Shown here in pieces: positions 36,067-45,454 of a stretch of DNA of 64,000 bases; within the stretch, counting starts at the first letter, position 1; each line of letters begins with the position of its first letter. Location of the stretch: the sequence record NC_023688.1; one strand, given 5' to 3'. The notes beneath the pieces are model-generated. The model was not told the origin of the DNA. It saw only the letters and a list, made by a program, of their open reading frames with translations, and ran no database searches. The translations under genes and the position numbers were made by a program.

Positions 36067-36950
36067 TAGAAGTCACCGAACAGATCGGTCAACCCTTTAT
36101 CTCGATTGAATTCGTCAAGAGTTTTTAGCCATTTCATCGTCTCGTTTTCTTCGAGATCTTTTATCTCGGCGTCGAAGTCAAGAGATTTTGATTTAGCTTT
36201 CGCTAGATTAGCATAGTTATCTTCGCCTCTCCACTTGAACATCAGATAAGCTCTCGCGTACATTCTCGGCGGATAAGTGAATTCTCGATAGTCTATGCCT
36301 TTGCTATACTCGGGATAAGGCAATTTTTCTTTCTTGCACTTTACCTTTCTGTCTAGCCAATAAATGTAGCGATAAGTTTTGACATCAAACCACTTGCATT
36401 TATCATCGAGAAGCATTCTCCAACGTTCGAGCATAGAACCCGGTCGTTTTGTGTTCTCGAACGGAACATGATGAAACACTTCTCCGGTTTCGGTGTTCTC
36501 GGCAAATAGAGTTTGATCGAAACCGTAGTAATCGAAATTCGATGCTTTGTAGATTGTACCACAACCAAGTCTACCATCAGCAAAGCTTTGAATTGCTTTG
36601 ATATGAGGATAACACTTGCGAATGATTTTAAATGACGCACCGAGCATAGTGGTTTCGCCATTATGCCCGATACTATCATCAATCCACAATCGATTCAACT
36701 CGATTATGTTATTTGATTCAAGTTCATCTGAAATTGATTTGTAAGAACCCGGGTTCATCAGATTCCCAAACACAGCAACCCCAAGAAGAACATCATCACG
36801 AAACACGCCAATGTTCACTATTCCAAACGAGGTATTCCACTTTTTCGAGTAATGATTTTTCTCAATCATTTCTCTTGCAACGTCTCGGTCTACTTCCATG
36901 AATGTCAACAGACCGTTATTTTTTGTTTGTTTGTGTATAACGTATTTCAT
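36066..36950 (-). CDS. Mom-like DNA modification protein (GNAT fold)
   Basis: IEKNHYS, GVAVFG, IELNRLW, QSFADGRLGCGTIYKASNFDYYG; C-terminus GLTDLFGDF. Confidence 0.8.
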   Translation of the reverse strand: MKYVIHKQTKNNGLLTFMEVDRDVAREMIEKNHYSKKWNTSFGIVNIGVFRDDVLLGVAVFGNLMNPGSYKSISDELESNNIIELNRLWIDDSIGHNGETTMLGASFKIIRKCYPHIKAIQSFADGRLGCGTIYKASNFDYYGFDQTLFAENTETGEVFHHVPFENTKRPGSMLERWRMLLDDKCKWFDVKTYRYIYWLDRKVKCKKEKLPYPEYSKGIDYREFTYPPRMYARAYLMFKWRGEDNYANLAKAKSKSLDFDAEIKDLEENETMKWLKTLDEFNRDKGLTDLFGDF

Positions 36951-36958
36951 TACTCTCC

Positions 36959-37540
36959 TTATGCTTCCCACTTCAGGATTTGATGCGTTTCGATATATTT
37001 GATGTTTGATTTCACCATTTTGTCGTTTTTATGCATATACCAGTTGCCGTTTTTGTCATAAGCATAGATTAGCCCAGTCTGACCCATAAACAGCATTGCA
37101 TTCGATGATGGGTTATTAGTAAACGATGTATAACTAATGATCCCACCTTGTTCCATGAATCCCTGAACAAAGCCTATGAATCGAGTAACAACACGACTCG
37201 GCGGAATACCATTTTCTTGACTCATGATTCGAAGTGGGAAATTGCGACCAATTGCAATCTCTTTCTGACGTTTTACATCGGCACCGACCCAGATTTTGTC
37301 GTCTTTCAGTATCAGATTAATCGGACTCGAATACTCACTATTGATCCAGCTATCACCTTTCAGATGATAAAACTTAGCAGTGACATCCATATCACCGATT
37401 GTCATGAAAAACGTGGCTGCTTTTGCTTTCGAATCAAACTCAACAAGTCGGCAGCGTTTGCTTTTGATGATAGTATAATCACCAACACACAACTCTCGGT
37501 ATTGATCTTCTGGCTTTGCGATTTCTTCAATTACAAACAT
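36959..37540 (-). CDS. Hypothetical protein
   Basis: 193-aa ORF in tight operon. Confidence 0.65.
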   Translation of the reverse strand: MFVIEEIAKPEDQYRELCVGDYTIIKSKRCRLVEFDSKAKAATFFMTIGDMDVTAKFYHLKGDSWINSEYSSPINLILKDDKIWVGADVKRQKEIAIGRNFPLRIMSQENGIPPSRVVTRFIGFVQGFMEQGGIISYTSFTNNPSSNAMLFMGQTGLIYAYDKNGNWYMHKNDKMVKSNIKYIETHQILKWEA

Positions 37541-38061
37541 TAATCATATCTCCATGGCAAATCGAGTACATGTTCCAGACTACCGTCATTGGTAGAGTAG
37601 AGTTGAACGGCTTCATAATCGCCAGATTCAACAGCGATAGCATAGTGCGCCATGCCTTTGTTGTCAATCAAAATCAAACAAGGATCTGCTTCTATGATGC
37701 CAATTCGCACACCCTCAACTTTAGAGCTGATTTTATCCCATAGCAGTGTGATCCCAGTTTCGGCAACAACTTTCATTTCATCAACAAAATCACCAACATT
37801 AATCACGCTGCGATTAGTATAGAAAAGCTCTTCGTTTTCGATTGTATAGTCGGACATATGAATTAGATACATCGGGCGACCAATCGGATCTTTTGCATTG
37901 CGCCAGCGTCCATTTTCAAACACGAGTTCGGAATAAGCGATTTCTCCGATTGTGATCTTGATTGAGTTCGATGTTACCTCAGTCAAAACACCTTGCAGTC
38001 CTTTTACACGAACAACATTGCCGATTTCAACTTTTTTCTTGTCTTCTGAATAACGAAACAT
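37540..38061 (-). CDS. Hypothetical protein
   Basis: 173 aa, overlapping start/stop. Confidence 0.65.
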   Translation of the reverse strand: MFRYSEDKKKVEIGNVVRVKGLQGVLTEVTSNSIKITIGEIAYSELVFENGRWRNAKDPIGRPMYLIHMSDYTIENEELFYTNRSVINVGDFVDEMKVVAETGITLLWDKISSKVEGVRIGIIEADPCLILIDNKGMAHYAIAVESGDYEAVQLYSTNDGSLEHVLDLPWRYD

Positions 38062-38062
38062 G

Positions 38063-38635
38063 TTAACCCCGATATTGATTGACTACACAGATATGGGTAT
38101 TGTTAATGAACATACGGCCTTCCGAGTCCGGTTCTACAAAGTAGAGTGTTTGTCCAGTTGCAACAATAACACGCTCTTTACCGTCTTCGGTTTTCACCAC
38201 AATAGCGTTTCTTTCGGACTTGCAGTTATGAAAAATGATCTCGTTTTTAGACATACCAAACGAGCCCACAGCCATCACCACACCCTTGTAATAGATAGAC
38301 TCGACGCAGAAGTCGATAATCTCACCAGCAGCGATTGGCTGCTTTATACCGTAATCATACAGCATACCAAGACTCATGCCATAGCGAGAGTTCACACCGC
38401 TACCAGTAATTTCGTGACCGCGTATGTCATACGTCGCGTCCGGGTGATACATTCGATAACGATATGATTTGGAAGTCAGTTGATAAAAAACAACTTCTAC
38501 CTTTTCTCCCGTCTCTGAGTTAGTCAGATAAACTTTCTTGTCTTCAATTTTGTCGATAGTCAGGAGTTCGTCGCGATGCAAGCGAATCGAATCACCAACG
38601 GTCAGACGCTTTGGGTTAACAATTTTACAAATCAT
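38063..38635 (-). CDS. Hypothetical protein
   Basis: 190 aa, operon context. Confidence 0.65.
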   Translation of the reverse strand: MICKIVNPKRLTVGDSIRLHRDELLTIDKIEDKKVYLTNSETGEKVEVVFYQLTSKSYRYRMYHPDATYDIRGHEITGSGVNSRYGMSLGMLYDYGIKQPIAAGEIIDFCVESIYYKGVVMAVGSFGMSKNEIIFHNCKSERNAIVVKTEDGKERVIVATGQTLYFVEPDSEGRMFINNTHICVVNQYRG

Positions 38636-38805
38636 TTATTCATTCTCATTTCACGTTTAAGGCGTTCGATACGCTGTTTAATAGCGATACCGTCGGGAGT
38701 ACACACAGAAGCACCAGAAGCGGTATGAATCTGCATAGAGTACACATTGATTTTGATCATCGGCTTGTACTTCATACGATTAAGCAGACGCTTCAAGTAA
38801 TTCAT
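38632..38805 (-). CDS. Small hypothetical protein
   Basis: MNYLKRLL start after SD GAGGAG and promoter TTGACA-16-TATACT. Confidence 0.6.
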   Translation of the reverse strand: MNYLKRLLNRMKYKPMIKINVYSMQIHTASGASVCTPDGIAIKQRIERLKREMRMNK

Positions 38806-38880
38806 GATTATCTCCTCAGTTGAATACCAGTAGTATAGACGTTTCCGATATGATGTCAACTAAAAAATGTCGCGCCAGCG

Positions 38881-39001
38881 ACTGCGGAGCTAACTCATTG
38901 TAACCTAATGAGAAGAGAAGATAGATCTTCATTAAAGGTATATAAGGAACTTTATCTTCTCTTCTTTTAACATTTAGCGGCAAAGCCGCAGTGCTACGCA
39001 C
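38881..39001. repeat. Non-coding palindromic element, copy B
   Basis: 13-bp IR 38911-23 / 38953-65 and outer 7-bp IR actgcgg/ccgcagt; inverted copy of 22139-22248. Confidence 0.85.
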
Positions 39002-39003
39002 AT

Positions 39004-39462
39004 TTAGTATCTTAGATTGAAGCGAGTTAACACAATGTTATTGGTACTATAATCTAATGTGATGTTATACCAGCGACCATACTCGGTACATACATTGCTA
39101 TAACCGATCTTACAATTCGGACTTGCCCATTGCAGAGTGTTGGCAATGCCTTGATCTGTTCTATCTGAACTCATTTTGACCAGCACATTTTTACCAGTGT
39201 TTACTATGCAACCGCTACTAATGAAATCTTGATCGAACTCTTGTGGCTTAATCTCGATGTCAATCTTGCGAATAAAGCGCATAGGCATAGGCACCTCAGC
39301 ATCCTTTAGCTTTAGCATGACACTGTATTCAGCTAGGATATCAGCCTCCAAAACGCGATTGGTAAGCTGTGAGTGATACAGCTCGATTACTTGTTCTTTC
39401 GATAGATCTGGTTTATTTTCGAATTCATAGAAATCAACCATGTTTATAATTTGTACTCTCAT
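39004..39462 (-). CDS. Hypothetical protein
   Basis: 152 aa, SD GGAG. Confidence 0.65.
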   Translation of the reverse strand: MRVQIINMVDFYEFENKPDLSKEQVIELYHSQLTNRVLEADILAEYSVMLKLKDAEVPMPMRFIRKIDIEIKPQEFDQDFISSGCIVNTGKNVLVKMSSDRTDQGIANTLQWASPNCKIGYSNVCTEYGRWYNITLDYSTNNIVLTRFNLRY

Positions 39463-39476
39463 TTATTTCTCCAATG

Positions 39477-39498
39477 AAAAAGGGCCCGAAGGCCCTTT
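39477..39498 (-). terminator. Intrinsic terminator
   Basis: aaagggcc-cgaa-ggcccttt with U tract. Confidence 0.85.
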
Positions 39499-39502
39499 GT
39501 TT

Positions 39503-39721
39503 TTAGATTTCACTCAGATGTATACCGTTTATTGCTTCAACTTTGGTGCCGTCTCGCAACACAACATCAAATGAGTTATAGGCGTTTGCACAAATGATTG
39601 TTACGTGTTCGCCATACACCTGTGCTTTCAACAGCTTACCGAACACTACATCACCATAAGAGAATTCCCACTCGGATGCGTCTACCATGTCCAGTTTAAC
39701 GATTTTTGCTTTTGCTTGCAT
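39503..39721 (-). CDS. Hypothetical protein
   Basis: 72 aa, cassette RBS CTGAGGAAAACATAATG. Confidence 0.65.
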   Translation of the reverse strand: MQAKAKIVKLDMVDASEWEFSYGDVVFGKLLKAQVYGEHVTIICANAYNSFDVVLRDGTKVEAINGIHLSEI

Positions 39722-39775
39722 TATGTTTTCCTCAGTTGTTTTGCTTCAATGAGGATATAATATCAGAACCACGGA

Positions 39776-40129
39776 TCAGTGCAAGCACTTTTTCATAAAT
39801 TCGTGATGTTTTTTTCGATTGAAGGTATATCCGAACTCAGGACGAGCCACTATACCTTCAAACAAAACGTGTTTCTTTGCTACCACTGTGACATCATAGC
39901 CGATCAGTTCGCGCTCGCCATCAATATTCGGGACTTTGATCTCACGCTCTACCTGTTCTTGAACAACAACACCGTGAATAGTCCGGAACAAATAACCGGT
40001 AACTTTTTTCTTGATCATAACGGGAATAGTGAAAAGCTCTTTGATTCGAATTCCTTCGATGTGACCATTAGCAATCATTTGTTGATAAACAGCCAGAGAC
40101 GCTTTCCAATCTTCTTTCTTGATAAACAT
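39776..40129 (-). CDS. Hypothetical protein
   Basis: 117 aa, SD AAGGA. Confidence 0.6.
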   Translation of the reverse strand: MFIKKEDWKASLAVYQQMIANGHIEGIRIKELFTIPVMIKKKVTGYLFRTIHGVVVQEQVEREIKVPNIDGERELIGYDVTVVAKKHVLFEGIVARPEFGYTFNRKKHHEFMKKCLH

Positions 40130-40138
40130 AGTATTTCC

Positions 40139-40366
40139 TTAAATCAGCTCAATGAATTTTGATGGGATATCTTCAAACAAAACACAATTCAACTCAAAGC
40201 TATATCCGTTTTCCGTCTCTTCAATTTCAAACTCGGTCTTTCGTTCGGCATGATAGAAGAAAACATGAATACCGTGAATACCAATAAGTCCATACAGATA
40301 ATCACTTACATCGGATGAAACAAAGGCTTCGATGTTGATTCCAAAATCTTTGATACGTGCTTTCAT
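40139..40366 (-). CDS. Hypothetical protein
   Basis: 75 aa. Confidence 0.6.
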   Translation of the reverse strand: MKARIKDFGINIEAFVSSDVSDYLYGLIGIHGIHVFFYHAERKTEFEIEETENGYSFELNCVLFEDIPSKFIELI

Positions 40367-40746
40367 TAACGACCCTCACGACAAGAAATAAAACCAAAGA
40401 TACCATGAGCGGATGCTTGGCTCATTGCGGAACGCCAATCGGAAACGTTACCACGAACATACTTAGAAGCAGCTTTCCAGCCATTCGCTTTCATGATGTT
40501 ACCGTTTTCCAAGTCAACAAACCACACAACACTTCTGGAGCTACCGTTGTAATCAGCGCGATAAACTCGGGCATTCTTACGACCGTATTCTACACCGTAG
40601 ACATTGCGATTAAGGTTTTGCTTCATGAAACATTTAACGTGGTCTTCATCATAACGCTTTTTCATGTCAGGGATAAGAATGTTCCAGTAATGATTTTCAC
40701 TGAACTCATTCATTTCACGGATCATTTGCTCGATTGCTGCTTTCAT
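40366..40746 (-). CDS. Hypothetical protein
   Basis: MKAAIEQ start with cassette RBS; GRKNARV...VVWFVD..NGNIMKANGWK motif. Confidence 0.65.
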   Translation of the reverse strand: MKAAIEQMIREMNEFSENHYWNILIPDMKKRYDEDHVKCFMKQNLNRNVYGVEYGRKNARVYRADYNGSSRSVVWFVDLENGNIMKANGWKAASKYVRGNVSDWRSAMSQASAHGIFGFISCREGR

Positions 40747-40820
40747 GATGTTTTCCTCAATGTTTCGTTTCGATGTGGCCATAATAACAGATACAGCCAC
40801 ACGCGCAAGCACTTTCTTAA

Positions 40821-41393
40821 TTATTTTTCGATACCAGTGGTATTATAGTTGTGATCGATTTTATCGAAAAATTCGTTTACCAGTTCTTTCATTTCTTCAT
40901 TATGCAACGGACAATCTCGATTCACTCGACGGAACACATTACCCGGTATGTGTTGTGGACAAGTGCAGTGCGGCAAATTGTACTTGTGGAAAGACGAATC
41001 GATATCAAAACCCCAGAGAGATTGCAATTCGTATTCGATATCCCGTAGCCAAGCAAGATGATCAGCAATGCGTTGTTTCTGAACTACTTGACCAACAGTT
41101 CCAACATTGTAAAGTTCCTCGTTCTTTAGACGCTTTACATGCAAATCGCGATATCGTTGCAGTTGATCGATCTTGAGAATCGTTTCGTCTGATAGACCCC
41201 GAGAGATAGCCAGATCCAGATTAACGGTAGTATGACGCTGTTTGATAGCGCGTTCCCATTGTTCGGCCATATATGCAATGATCTTTTGTGCATTCGGTCG
41301 ATCTTTCGCTTCAAACGCACCAAGCAGTTTCAGCGCGTCTTTCTGTGCGATATTGATACGAAGTTTATCCGTATCGGTAATCAGTTTTTTCAT
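40821..41393 (-). CDS. Hypothetical protein with C-terminal Cys/His (zinc) cluster
   Basis: LQSLWGF...FHK..PHCTCP...CPLH. Confidence 0.65.
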   Translation of the reverse strand: MKKLITDTDKLRINIAQKDALKLLGAFEAKDRPNAQKIIAYMAEQWERAIKQRHTTVNLDLAISRGLSDETILKIDQLQRYRDLHVKRLKNEELYNVGTVGQVVQKQRIADHLAWLRDIEYELQSLWGFDIDSSFHKYNLPHCTCPQHIPGNVFRRVNRDCPLHNEEMKELVNEFFDKIDHNYNTTGIEK

Positions 41394-41617
41394 TTGACAA
41401 ATTCCATCAGTTGTTGTTCGAAACCACGAGCGTTAGCATAAGAAACAACGTCTTCTCCACCCGCGATCATGTGACGACGCAGAGATTCCAAAAAGTAATC
41501 GAACTCGCTAAAACCAACAGAACTTTGCATTTTCAAATGCCAGTTGATTTTTTGATCCAGTTCGGTCAGATTGATTGTGTGATGTTTCCAATGAAATATT
41601 CGATTTTGACCTTTCAT
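41390..41617 (-). CDS. Hypothetical protein
   Basis: 75 aa, SD AAGGAG, own promoter. Confidence 0.6.
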   Translation of the reverse strand: MKGQNRIFHWKHHTINLTELDQKINWHLKMQSSVGFSEFDYFLESLRRHMIAGGEDVVSYANARGFEQQLMEFVK

Positions 41618-41636
41618 AACAATCTCCTTTTAAGAT

Positions 41637-41671
41637 GGGAGCATTATTACATGCTCCCGGATTTTCGTCAA
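41637..41671 (-). promoter_or_regulatory. Early promoter with 8-bp IR
   Basis: TTGACG-17-AATAAT; IR gggagcat / atgctccc. Confidence 0.65.
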
Positions 41672-42589
41672 TCACTTTTTACCAACAAACCAAGCAACTA
41701 CCAGAGAGAAAGTGCGATCAGCGTTTTTGCAACCGGCAGCTTCATAAGCAGCGATGAATTCCGCTTTGGTCTTGATCCCGTTTTCCCAGATTTGAACAGC
41801 GGTCTTGGACGGTTTGTGAGCAACCAACAGACCACTCGGAGCCATGTGACGCTTCGGGGTAGCGACTGCGGTATTAGCAGCAACTGGCAGAGCTTTAGGA
41901 GCTACTACAGCAACAGGAGTAACAACCTTGGCTTTAGCAATAGCAACTTTCTTCTGAGTGTCAACCACGTTAGTTTTAACAGTGTAAGGAGCGACTTCGT
42001 TATCACGGGTCGGAACAACATTCATTGCAGTTTTCTGAACTTCGCCAACAAAGTGAGATTTGTCCAGACGACGGGAAACGCCGTTAACAGTGGTCAAGTA
42101 GTAATGACCTGCCATCACTTTGTTATGACGAACTTGACCGAGTTTAATAGATTTACCGTGAACATTGTATTCATATTCAGCGGTGGCCAGTTCCAGTTGG
42201 TGATAAGTGTGAGCTTGACCACCCAGCATTTCATGCAGGAACTTCCAACGAGAGTCATGACCGCTTTTTTGACGCTGAACATAATCAACAACGTGAGCGA
42301 TTTCATGGCTAACTGTTTCGTCCAGCATATGCCACCAAGCTTTTTCGTTCATGATCATCATGTTGACGTTGAAACGAATGGCATACTTGCGAGAGTCAAA
42401 ACCACCAGCTTTGCGACCAGTCATAACAGCTTGACCAGCGGCACGACCTTTCAGATTGAATTCAACTTTCAGATTCTTACCGATTACCAGATTCGCGTCG
42501 AAGTGTTCGTTTGCCATTTTCAGATCGTGATTGATGCGAGCGGTCAGAGCAGCGATGGCGTTTTGTTTCATTTCGATTGTAGTCAGCAT
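41672..42589 (-). CDS. SprT-like zinc metalloprotease with low-complexity C-terminal tail
   Basis: NLKGRAAGQA, IRFN, HEIAH (HExxH), GHDSRWK. Confidence 0.85.
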   Translation of the reverse strand: MLTTIEMKQNAIAALTARINHDLKMANEHFDANLVIGKNLKVEFNLKGRAAGQAVMTGRKAGGFDSRKYAIRFNVNMMIMNEKAWWHMLDETVSHEIAHVVDYVQRQKSGHDSRWKFLHEMLGGQAHTYHQLELATAEYEYNVHGKSIKLGQVRHNKVMAGHYYLTTVNGVSRRLDKSHFVGEVQKTAMNVVPTRDNEVAPYTVKTNVVDTQKKVAIAKAKVVTPVAVVAPKALPVAANTAVATPKRHMAPSGLLVAHKPSKTAVQIWENGIKTKAEFIAAYEAAGCKNADRTFSLVVAWFVGKK

Positions 42590-42670
42590 GATGTTTTCCT
42601 CAGTTGTGTATCTCGTTTCGATGTAGCTATATTAACAGAAACCGGATTCTGTGCAAGGACTTTTCCGGAT

Positions 42671-42701
42671 AAAATAAAAAAAAACCACCCGAAGGTGGTT
42701 T
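42671..42701 (-). terminator. Intrinsic terminator
   Basis: aaaccacc-cgaa-ggtggttt with long U tract. Confidence 0.88.
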
Positions 42702-42996
42702 AGACTTTCTTTGTAGCCATTTTCAGCAAGTGCCTGAGTTGTGCGCTATCAATATTCGTTTTGATTTGTTCTGCCAAATCAGCTGGGTTTAAATCTGGCA
42801 GTGCATCGGCATACGCTTGATAAACATCATCGGCACTGTCAAACCCACGATATCGCTTGATTCGATTCTTGGTTATTGACCGCATCAAGGACGATTCGAA
42901 TTGATCTCGATAGATTCCAGATTTTACCACCATTCGATCAATAAAAGCGGCGATATGATAGAGAACATACAACAAGACAAATTGAACGTATTTCAT
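42700..42996 (-). CDS. Hypothetical protein
   Basis: 98 aa, SD AAGGAG. Confidence 0.6.
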   Translation of the reverse strand: MKYVQFVLLYVLYHIAAFIDRMVVKSGIYRDQFESSLMRSITKNRIKRYRGFDSADDVYQAYADALPDLNPADLAEQIKTNIDSAQLRHLLKMATKKV

Positions 42997-43038
42997 ACTT
43001 CTCCTTAAATGAAAAGAGGGCTTTCGCCCTCTTATTGA

Positions 43039-43986
43039 TTACTGCATTTGTTTCAGAAACAGAGGAGCTTGACCGTTGCCCATCATAGTGAAGTTAGCAG
43101 GAACTTGACCATTCCAACCTTCACCAGCTTGTTTCATTTGAACTTCCAGACGCTTCAGCTCGATAATCTGCGGAGTCAGAGAAGATGCCAATTTCTGGTT
43201 ACCAATCGCGGTTTGTTCAGCCATGTAACGATCTGCATCAGCTTTTTGTTTTACGCCATCAGCATATGCTTTGGCTTCCACGAATGTCTTGTAAGCTTCT
43301 GCTTCAAACTTCGCTTTGTTCGCGGCAGCGTTACCCTTAGCGGTTGCTTCGGTAGTCTGTGCGGCAGTGGTAGCGATTCGCAGTTGAGATTTCTCAGCTT
43401 CTTCTTTCTGAATTCGATCTTGAGTTTGCAGAATCTGATTCTGAATACGCGGATCGAAAGTTACGTCCTGAATCAGAATTTCTTGCAGAGTGATACCGGT
43501 TCCAGTCAATGCTTCTTGCAGGCGACGCTTGGTATTCTCTTGCATGGTGGTAACGTTGAAACTGTCAGCCAGACCACGTGAATCCGCAATTTTACGACCT
43601 TCGTCTTTGATAATGCTGGTCAGGAACTGAGACATCGCTTTATCAACAAACATTTCCATAGTACCGTAGTTCTTTTTGATGAACGGGGTCTTGGAGTTAT
43701 CAACACGATACAGAACGGCAACGTTCGCGGTACTGTTGAAACGGTCTTTGGTCGGAATCAACAGATTCTCTTTAACAAACTTGTTGTTACGAGTGTCGAA
43801 AGTATCGAATCCCATCAGCGGGTTTACAAAGTGCAAACCTTCTTCCAGAGGACGATCTTGAACTTCACCCATGATGGTACCGACTTTGGTAGTACCAGCA
43901 TCAACGATTGTGTAAGAGTTCATTGCCAGAATAGCAGCAAACAGACCACCAACAGCAACACCACCAAGTTTAAACATATCGTTCAT
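43039..43986 (-). CDS. SPFH/band 7 (prohibitin-like) membrane protein
   Basis: N-terminal TM helix, EGLHFVNP, coiled-coil AAQ/EAEA repeats, LTPQIIELKRLE...WNGQVP. Confidence 0.88.
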   Translation of the reverse strand: MNDMFKLGGVAVGGLFAAILAMNSYTIVDAGTTKVGTIMGEVQDRPLEEGLHFVNPLMGFDTFDTRNNKFVKENLLIPTKDRFNSTANVAVLYRVDNSKTPFIKKNYGTMEMFVDKAMSQFLTSIIKDEGRKIADSRGLADSFNVTTMQENTKRRLQEALTGTGITLQEILIQDVTFDPRIQNQILQTQDRIQKEEAEKSQLRIATTAAQTTEATAKGNAAANKAKFEAEAYKTFVEAKAYADGVKQKADADRYMAEQTAIGNQKLASSLTPQIIELKRLEVQMKQAGEGWNGQVPANFTMMGNGQAPLFLKQMQ

Positions 43987-44330
43987 TAAACAATCCTTTT
44001 ATATTCTCCCATAACATCTTGATAATTTTCGACGTTAAAAGCTGGGAGAGAGCAGCTTAGATTAGAATCACAAAAGTGATTCACCAGTTGATCGATAACA
44101 GCATCATTAAGACGGAAGTTATCGGCTTCGTAAGTTTCCCAGGCATCACGTATCATTTGTTCGGTGACTGAGAAACAGAAATTGTTAACACCATACACTC
44201 TGATTTCGATTTCTTTGTTATCAAACAAAGCAATCAGATTTTGAACATTCGGGCTAGTAACCATGTTTGCGCGAGTTGCATTGTAGATACCACGAGCATT
44301 GATTTTAGCTTTTACAGTAACAAAGTGCAT
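43986..44330 (-). CDS. Hypothetical protein
   Basis: 114 aa, own promoter. Confidence 0.6.
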   Translation of the reverse strand: MHFVTVKAKINARGIYNATRANMVTSPNVQNLIALFDNKEIEIRVYGVNNFCFSVTEQMIRDAWETYEADNFRLNDAVIDQLVNHFCDSNLSCSLPAFNVENYQDVMGEYKRIV

Positions 44331-44356
44331 AATGTATTCCTCATTCGTTATTTGAT

Positions 44357-44391
44357 AGAGCCATTATTGCATGGCTCTGTGCGTTAGTCAA
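44357..44391 (-). promoter_or_regulatory. Early promoter with 8-bp IR
   Basis: TTGACT-17-AATAAT; IR agagccat / atggctct. Confidence 0.7.
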
Positions 44392-44398
44392 CAACTTT

Positions 44399-44686
44399 TT
44401 ATTCGGCTTTACAAATCATTGTGAGTTGCATAACCTTTTCAGAATCACCAGCACCAGACAACCAAGCGGTGTGATCCCATTGCTCAGTGATAGAAGCATT
44501 GGTGAACATCTTAGAACGAGACAGGTCGCGCTCGATTGCTTGCAGTGTGCCAACGTAGTCGGAAGTAACAACAATCATGTTATTGCCTTCACATTTACCA
44601 TCGAAGTTAACGATGATTTGCACATTACGAACAGAGTATTTGCGAGTTGCGAACAGTGCTTTGAATTCGGCGGCTACGTTTTTCAT
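44399..44686 (-). CDS. Hypothetical protein
   Basis: 95 aa, cassette RBS. Confidence 0.6.
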   Translation of the reverse strand: MKNVAAEFKALFATRKYSVRNVQIIVNFDGKCEGNNMIVVTSDYVGTLQAIERDLSRSKMFTNASITEQWDHTAWLSGAGDSEKVMQLTMICKAE

Positions 44687-44715
44687 GATGTATTCCTCAG
44701 TTGTCTTGATTTGAT

Positions 44716-44750
44716 AGAGACATTATCGCATGTCTCTTGGCGTTCGTCAA
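44716..44750 (-). promoter_or_regulatory. Early promoter with 8-bp IR
   Basis: TTGACG-17-GATAAT; IR agagacat / atgtctct. Confidence 0.7.
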
Positions 44751-44773
44751 CAACTTTCAAAAAACTTTTTCAA

Positions 44774-45175
44774 TTAACTGCGATCATCATCCAGTGATGG
44801 TTCATCCCAGTAATCATCCATTTCAAGAGGATAATCCCAAGAGCCAGAATCGGTATTTCGTTGCTTGATAATATCGAGTTCTTTGCACATTTTCACATAA
44901 CGATCCGCAGCTTTCTTTTTGAAGAACAACCGGTGATAGTTATAATTGTTGATTTCGCCAACGTTGCAATCACCAAGGCTGAAATCGCTATCGAATTTAC
45001 CGATAGTACCATCAGAGAATACAAACCCAGCTCGAACAAAGATGTATCCAGTTCTTGGACTCACATACGGACGCGAACGAACAATGTATTTGGTAACGAA
45101 TGAGTGTTCACCAAGAGCGTGAGCATAGTAAACAGTCTGACCAGCTTTGATATTCTTTGCTTTCATCTTTTTCAT
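44774..45175 (-). CDS. Hypothetical protein
   Basis: 133 aa, SD GAGGA. Confidence 0.6.
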   Translation of the reverse strand: MKKMKAKNIKAGQTVYYAHALGEHSFVTKYIVRSRPYVSPRTGYIFVRAGFVFSDGTIGKFDSDFSLGDCNVGEINNYNYHRLFFKKKAADRYVKMCKELDIIKQRNTDSGSWDYPLEMDDYWDEPSLDDDRS

Positions 45176-45178
45176 GAT

Positions 45179-45454
45179 TTATTCCTCATAGCTTTTGATT
45201 GAATTGATAATGCTTTCGATGAATTCTAGATCCGCATCTTCGAAGATAGTTGGTTCCAGATTATCGGTAACGTCATTATAATAATAAACAGTATATCCGA
45301 AAATCTTTGGATAAACAACTAACATCTTAGAGACTGGCATTCTGATGTAGACAGAATTCCCCGGAAACGCTATCGATCTATAACCATTGTATCCCAGCAT
45401 TTTAAAGAAAGCAATGAGTTTTTCGCATTTTCTTTCTTTGATGAACTCAAACAT
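45179..45454 (-). CDS. Hypothetical protein
   Basis: MFEFIKE start overlapping the upstream stop. Confidence 0.55.
   Translation of the reverse strand: MFEFIKERKCEKLIAFFKMLGYNGYRSIAFPGNSVYIRMPVSKMLVVYPKIFGYTVYYYNDVTDNLEPTIFEDADLEFIESIINSIKSYEE

Noticed and set aside
38816-39001. 61-aa ORF across repeat copy B
   Set aside because: The equivalent frame in copy A hits a stop after 6 codons, so the conservation is non-coding.
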